From Opitutales bacterium (GTDB lineage Bacteria > Verrucomicrobiota > Verrucomicrobiia > Opitutales > PNEW01), in contig CBDCNV010000002.1 in the NCBI GenBank assembly GCA_965219535.1, positions 1,560,001 through 1,592,000 of the forward strand: 32,000 bases of DNA, read 5' to 3'. Made by a program: the position numbers and the translations under genes. The notes beneath the pieces were generated by a model. That model ran no database searches and had not been told where the DNA came from. It was given only the letters and a program-made list of their open reading frames with translations. Positions 27,472 through 32,000 of this stretch are shown here, piece after piece. The first letter of the stretch is position 1. The number at the start of each line of letters is the position of its first letter.

Positions 27472-29142
27472 ATGAAGGGACAACGCTTGGTCTTGTGTTT
27501 ACTGGGAGCCACCTTCATCGCGGCCTGCTGTGCGGACGCCAGCGCCCAGACGATTGCTCAAGAAATCGCGGCTGACAAAACGCGCGTGGGTCGCGTTGTC
27601 CACGCCTGGGATGGGTGCTCGATGTGGTCGTCTATCCTGAATGTTGATTACTACGGTCCCCCGAATCGGGAAGTCCCTGCACCCGCAGCTGAATTCAGCA
27701 AAAGGATTCTCGAGGAATTGGTTGATGAAGAGGCGGCTGCCCACGTTGACGCCATTGCCTACTGTCTATTTACCGCGTTCTGTAGCGAACTGCCCGCGTC
27801 CAAGTTAACCGACATATTTCCCTGGCGCCCGCCCGGGATGGACGAGGTGGGAATGGACCCCTTGAAGGTCTTGATCGACCGCTGCCACCATCACGGCATG
27901 AAGTTTATCGCCGACATTCGAATGAACGACCGGCATGGGGACCGGCAGGGAATCGCGAAAGAACACCCCGAATGGATCATTCTCGGATCGGCCAACGATT
28001 ACGCGCTGGACGAGGTCCGTGACGCGATGCTGGCCTTCACCAAGGAGGTGCTCGACGGCTATGAGGTGGACGGTATCGAGTACGATTACATGCGCTGGTG
28101 CCACATGTTCAAGCCGGGCGAGGGAAAACAGAACGCCCATTTGCTGACTGAATTTACCCGCAAAACTCGCCAGTTGCTGGACGAGGCGGCCAAGCGGCGA
28201 GGGATTGACCGATTGGAGTTTGGTGTGCGGGTGCCCCAAAGCATCGCGGAATGCGATTATTTGGGCTTTGACGTGGCCACGTGGATCAAGGAGGGCCTGG
28301 TCGATTTCGTGGTACCGTCCGACTTTATGCACTCGGACACGAACATGAGGACCGAAGACTTTGTGAAGCTGGCCGAGGGAACAAGCTGCAAGATTTATCC
28401 CGCCATTCACAACCGTATCTCCATGGACGGGCCAAATGAGCATTATCGACTCATGAGTCTGGCGAACATGCGGGCCGCGGCGCAGAATTTCTATGGCTTC
28501 GGTGCCGATGGCGTCTCTCCCTATAACTACCAGTTTGCCTTCGAGAGACGAGCCGTGGCGCACCGTTCATCGGCCTATGCCGCCTACAAATGGCCGGCGG
28601 CGTTGGGCTGGCTGCGGGAGCTGCGCTATCCAGACCAGGTTAGCCAGCGGGACCGCCACTACCTGTTCTATGCGGTCTGGAAGAAGCCCAGTAACCATAA
28701 ATCGCCGAGCGGTTTTTTCCATGATGACAACATCTATCTGGACCGTGCCGAGCCGGTCCTCGAGGGGAGTCGGCGTTTTCGTATGGCGGAGGATTTCAGC
28801 AATCCGAACTTACGAACGACGATGCAATTCAAGGCGGTTGGCATGGCCAAGAATGAGAAGCTGGAAATACTGATTAACGGCAAGCAGGTCCCCATCGACT
28901 ACATCACGCGCGTGCAGGACAAAAACGGGCAGAACCTGTATGAGGGCGATCCGCTGCCTCCGTTCTACTTGTACCTCGTCGACATGAACTGGGAGACGAC
29001 GGGCCGCGACCAACCCCTCGTCTTCGGCGACAACAAACTCACGGTCCTCCTCGTCCCGACCGATGCCAAGGAGGACGGCCAGGTGAGCATCGAGGAGCTG
29101 GAGTGCTACGTGTACGTGCGAAAGCCGAAACGGCCACAATGA
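27472..29142 (+). CDS. secreted protein, TIM-barrel glycoside-hydrolase-like (family not resolved)
   Basis: Signal peptide MKGQRLVLCLLGATFIAACCADASAQ. The blocks 'GMKFIADIRMNDRHG', 'HPEWII' and 'VDGIEYDYMRW' resemble uncharacterised GH-like barrels. Confidence 0.4.
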   Translation: MKGQRLVLCLLGATFIAACCADASAQTIAQEIAADKTRVGRVVHAWDGCSMWSSILNVDYYGPPNREVPAPAAEFSKRILEELVDEEAAAHVDAIAYCLFTAFCSELPASKLTDIFPWRPPGMDEVGMDPLKVLIDRCHHHGMKFIADIRMNDRHGDRQGIAKEHPEWIILGSANDYALDEVRDAMLAFTKEVLDGYEVDGIEYDYMRWCHMFKPGEGKQNAHLLTEFTRKTRQLLDEAAKRRGIDRLEFGVRVPQSIAECDYLGFDVATWIKEGLVDFVVPSDFMHSDTNMRTEDFVKLAEGTSCKIYPAIHNRISMDGPNEHYRLMSLANMRAAAQNFYGFGADGVSPYNYQFAFERRAVAHRSSAYAAYKWPAALGWLRELRYPDQVSQRDRHYLFYAVWKKPSNHKSPSGFFHDDNIYLDRAEPVLEGSRRFRMAEDFSNPNLRTTMQFKAVGMAKNEKLEILINGKQVPIDYITRVQDKNGQNLYEGDPLPPFYLYLVDMNWETTGRDQPLVFGDNKLTVLLVPTDAKEDGQVSIEELECYVYVRKPKRPQ

Positions 29143-29251
29143 ATTAAAACCTATCCTAAATCCCCCTCCCCGTCTGCGAAGTGAGTTGGTTTCGACTGGG
29201 TGATGTGAAGGAATAGAAAGTTCGCCGACGACCGGAGAGCCTTGTTACGAA

Positions 29252-30703
29252 TCAAAACCCGATCAGCTTCCGAGCCAGCCCAAAACCGCTCGTCACCGCA
29301 AAGATGATGAGAATGACCGATGATATCGCCGACCCGATCAATATCGGGGCGCGGGTACGATAGACAGCGGGGAGCTTGAAGTTCAAATAGAGGGCGACGA
29401 CCATGATGAGAGCGATGGAAAAATTAACGGAGAGAAAACCGACGATCTGAATGAGCGTATTGAAAGGTATATTCGACCATACAAGCACCATGGTGACGAG
29501 AAAGATATAGAGGCAGATGGCGCGCTTGACTCCGCGAAAGGACCACCTGCGCTGAGGCCAAATGGCTTCAAGGAACTCATTGGACACACGAGCGTAGATT
29601 TCGGGCAGCGCCTGCAGCGATCCCCACAGCGCCGCGATGATGCATACGTAATAGATCCAAACGAGCGTCGGATGTATGGCGGCCCACACGTGCGCTTGAT
29701 TCGTCAATAAACTCCAGCCCTCGAACCGGCTCTGAAGCGGCATCAGAACCACTGCCCCGGACAGCATGAATGCCGCCGTCACGATAAACAGGACGAGCGC
29801 TCCCATGCTGACATCCCAATGGAGCGGTGAGCATAGCCGCCGCAGGCGGTCGACTGACTCGGGATCTTCGGGAAGATAGTCGATACGCTCTCTCGTCAGA
29901 GCGTGGCTACGAATAGCGTCGATGTCCTTGTGGCTGTTGAGGCCCCACTTGTGCATACCGACCCAGTGGGCGTAGACGACGTACGCCATCACCGAGCCAC
30001 CGACGTATCCGAATGTTGTCGCCATCGTCAGCATGCGGTGCTTGACGGCGTCATCCGGGGCCCACGGGGGAAACTCAGGAATATAGCCGAAGCTGAACGT
30101 GCCGACGAGTGCTTGGAAGAAATCGGGCCGGACCATGAGGGTTCCGATGATTGTGCCGCTCACCAGAATTCCACAGATCAAAAGCTGTTGCTTTTCCACC
30201 TTCTCGTAGGAGAGGCTGATACCGAGTCCCAGCGCGAGCGCGATGAAAAAGGTGGAGATGAGATTCTCCCACACGGGTTCCGAAAACGTGTCGGGGAATG
30301 GCAGGACGTGGTGAAACAGATCCCCGCACGGTTTCGCAATTGCCACCCATCCCATGGGCGCGGCAATAATTTCCATCAATAGAATGAGGATAAGCACCCA
30401 ACCTCGCGGTCCCGGGAATTTCACTATCCGGTTTCCGATAAACTCGCCGCTGACCGCGGTGTAGCGGCCGATCAAGTAGAGAACGAAGATTCCCTTGACG
30501 AGGCAACTGAGCAATACGAGCCACAGCAGATCATAACCTGCCCAGGCACCGGCTCGAACGACGACGATTGTCTCACCCGCACCGATTGCCACGGAGGCAA
30601 CGATGGCCGCCGGACCGAACACGCCTAGCAAGCCGACGAGCTTCTTCCACGACCACGGTTCAGAGAAGACCCCCTCGAGTTGGGGGATGTCGAACTTCTT
30701 CAT
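29252..30703 (-). CDS. NRAMP-related polytopic transporter
   Basis: About 11-12 hydrophobic segments. 'FGPAAIVASVAIGAGETIVVVRAGAWAGYDLLWLVLL' resembles the NRAMP TM1-TM2 region, but no DPGN motif is present. Confidence 0.6.
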   Translation of the reverse strand: MKKFDIPQLEGVFSEPWSWKKLVGLLGVFGPAAIVASVAIGAGETIVVVRAGAWAGYDLLWLVLLSCLVKGIFVLYLIGRYTAVSGEFIGNRIVKFPGPRGWVLILILLMEIIAAPMGWVAIAKPCGDLFHHVLPFPDTFSEPVWENLISTFFIALALGLGISLSYEKVEKQQLLICGILVSGTIIGTLMVRPDFFQALVGTFSFGYIPEFPPWAPDDAVKHRMLTMATTFGYVGGSVMAYVVYAHWVGMHKWGLNSHKDIDAIRSHALTRERIDYLPEDPESVDRLRRLCSPLHWDVSMGALVLFIVTAAFMLSGAVVLMPLQSRFEGWSLLTNQAHVWAAIHPTLVWIYYVCIIAALWGSLQALPEIYARVSNEFLEAIWPQRRWSFRGVKRAICLYIFLVTMVLVWSNIPFNTLIQIVGFLSVNFSIALIMVVALYLNFKLPAVYRTRAPILIGSAISSVILIIFAVTSGFGLARKLIGF

Positions 30704-30738
30704 GGTAGCAATAATAACACCGTGCCAGTTATTCAGAT

Positions 30739-30860
30739 TTCAGATAAGAAATAGCTTTTCAGCCGGCACAGACACGCGCCCGATGAGGCAGACATGAAGC
30801 AGCGGTTTCATGGTGATTCATTGCGAGACCATGCCCGAACTGCCCTGAGAAGGCAAGATT
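30739..30860. promoter_or_regulatory. conserved intergenic module, copy D (left arm plus core; right arm truncated)
   Basis: TTCAGATAAGAAATAGC..GCCGGCACAGACACGC ... GGTTTCATGGTGATTCATTGCGAGACCATGCCCGAACTGCCCTGAGAAGGC. The GAGAACAATGT block is missing, and homology stops at AAGATTT. Confidence 0.6.
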
Positions 30861-30976
30861 TCGCTCTTGTCTAACACACCGGCGATACAGAGCCAGCCGC
30901 GGGTGTCGAAGATGTATTTTTGCTCGTGGGTCAGTTCGACTACGGGTAATCCATCCGCGTCGATGAGTTCGGACAT
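30818..30976 (-). pseudogene. 5' fragment of a PhyH-like gene, running into module copy D
   Basis: MSELIDADGLPVVELTHEQKYIFDTRGWLCIAGVLDKSEI matches the N-termini of the 14130 and 26567 proteins (FDL(R/Q)GYLV...). The next 12 codons and the stop are module sequence. Confidence 0.6.
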
Positions 30977-31019
30977 TTTGGATTTCTCGATTGTGGGATG
31001 GTCTGATAGTCAGCGGTGA

Positions 31020-32000
31020 TTAATGTTCGTGTGAATGCCCGTGATCGTGCAGAGGCGTATGTTCGTGGAAGACGCCTTGCTTGTGCATGCGCTGGTGCAG
31101 GCGGTTGTGAGCCGCTTCAAGGGTGGCGCGTAATTGCTTGTAGCGTAGGGCTTCGGGCCGGGGGGCCAGGGTGTCGACGTAGGCGATGGCGCCTTCGATC
31201 TGTTCCAGCACGGTCATGGCGTCTTGTTTGGAGAACAGCGGTTTGTCTTCGACGACGACCTGGACGGCGCTGGTGTGGGCGGCGATTTCGCCGTGCTCGC
31301 CCTTATACGAGCCACGCACACGCAGGGCCACCCAGATGGACGAATCGATCTTGACCTGGGCGCTGCCTTCGGCTTCCAGCGCCTTGTCAAAATTGGTCTG
31401 CTCGACGGCCAATCCGCCGACGATGATTTCCACCTGATCGATGGGTACGCCGACCGATTCGACCTTCCAGGAAACGGCGACGTGGCCGCCGGATCCGGGC
31501 AGGTCGATGCGGCTGCCCGGCGCCTGACCTTCCACTTCAATAGATGCCAGCGGGCCGACGGTGACAAAGGTGTTGCCGGCTTTCACCGCGTCCATCCAGT
31601 TGTCGTAAGTGAGCTCGTGGCCGTTGAGGTTGGCGTAGGTGCGCACGCCGCCCAGTTGAGCGCTCGCCGCCATTTTATCGGAGCCGCCGCAGATCGGCAC
31701 GTGGTAGCCCAGATTCAAGTAGCGGTACCAGTCGGCCAGGCCGTAGGGGTTGAGCTGGTTGTCGAGCGGGTTGAAGGTCATCATTTCGACGGCGTGGACC
31801 AGGCCCAGAATGATATCGGCGGCGCGTTCGCACTGGGGGTTGGGGGCGTGTGGCATGACCACTAGACCGTTCTGCCTGATGCACTGTTCGGCCCATTCGG
31901 CCATGGTCAGTTCCTGCGGGTCGCCTACGGCCGATTCGGAGGGGCCGCCGGTGCACAACGGGTGGATCATGGCGCCGGAATAGCCCAATAGGGAAATGTG
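31020..32000 (-). CDS. CehA/McbA-like (PHP-type) metallohydrolase, N-terminus beyond the window
   Basis: The frame is open to nt 32000. 'AVKAGNTFVTVGPL' and the following beta-rich C-terminal domain are typical of the family. It has a His-rich tail HEHTPLHDHGHSHEH. Confidence 0.55.
   Translation of the reverse strand, partial: HISLLGYSGAMIHPLCTGGPSESAVGDPQELTMAEWAEQCIRQNGLVVMPHAPNPQCERAADIILGLVHAVEMMTFNPLDNQLNPYGLADWYRYLNLGYHVPICGGSDKMAASAQLGGVRTYANLNGHELTYDNWMDAVKAGNTFVTVGPLASIEVEGQAPGSRIDLPGSGGHVAVSWKVESVGVPIDQVEIIVGGLAVEQTNFDKALEAEGSAQVKIDSSIWVALRVRGSYKGEHGEIAAHTSAVQVVVEDKPLFSKQDAMTVLEQIEGAIAYVDTLAPRPEALRYKQLRATLEAAHNRLHQRMHKQGVFHEHTPLHDHGHSHEH

Noticed and set aside
1-32000. CRISPR arrays, tRNA, rRNA and known riboswitches
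   Set aside because: No spacer-repeat architecture is present; the only tandem repeats are the 8-mer and 6-mer runs. I found no tRNA-like T-arm/acceptor pattern and no rRNA-like segment by eye. A proper tRNAscan or cmsearch run would be needed to be certain.

Overview
About 30 genes, probably chromosomal DNA from a PVC-type (Verrucomicrobia/Planctomycetes-like) heterotroph. That assignment is a guess from gene content, since no rRNA, tRNA or CRISPR is visible. The dominant theme is Fe(II)/2-oxoglutarate dioxygenases of the phytanoyl-CoA dioxygenase (PhyH) family: seven full-length genes plus one 5' fragment in 32 kb. They are organised in three ways. (i) A tightly coupled PhyH / FAD-oxidase / O-methyltransferase / 7-TM operon at 1471-5424. 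(ii) A five-gene plus-strand array at 9019-14948 in which a GH116-type glycosidase is flanked by four PhyH genes. (iii) A GC-richer catabolic-looking block at 21.9-32 kb holding a DMFase-like protein, a porin, an enolase-superfamily enzyme, a PhyH-like gene, a secreted TIM-barrel-like protein, an NRAMP-like transporter and a CehA/McbA-like hydrolase. In block (iii), four copies of a conserved 100-150 nt non-coding module sit at the heads of unrelated genes. This is the strongest unexplained signal in the window. Two PhyH-like proteins carry H-x-G or H-x-S where the H-x-D iron ligands are expected. Two IS1595-family elements have clean inverted repeats and 8-bp target duplications. One of them splits a 2,5-dioxovalerate (alpha-ketoglutaric semialdehyde) dehydrogenase-like gene and carries two tiny passenger ORFs. 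Other signals are an octanucleotide tandem repeat inside the first codons of the GH116 gene, a 1-nt frameshift in a fused membrane/spermidine-synthase-like gene, a REP-like repeat family in AT-rich spacers, and a rearrangement scar (a PhyH 5' fragment fused to a truncated module copy). All functional calls rest on motifs recognised by eye; no database search was run.
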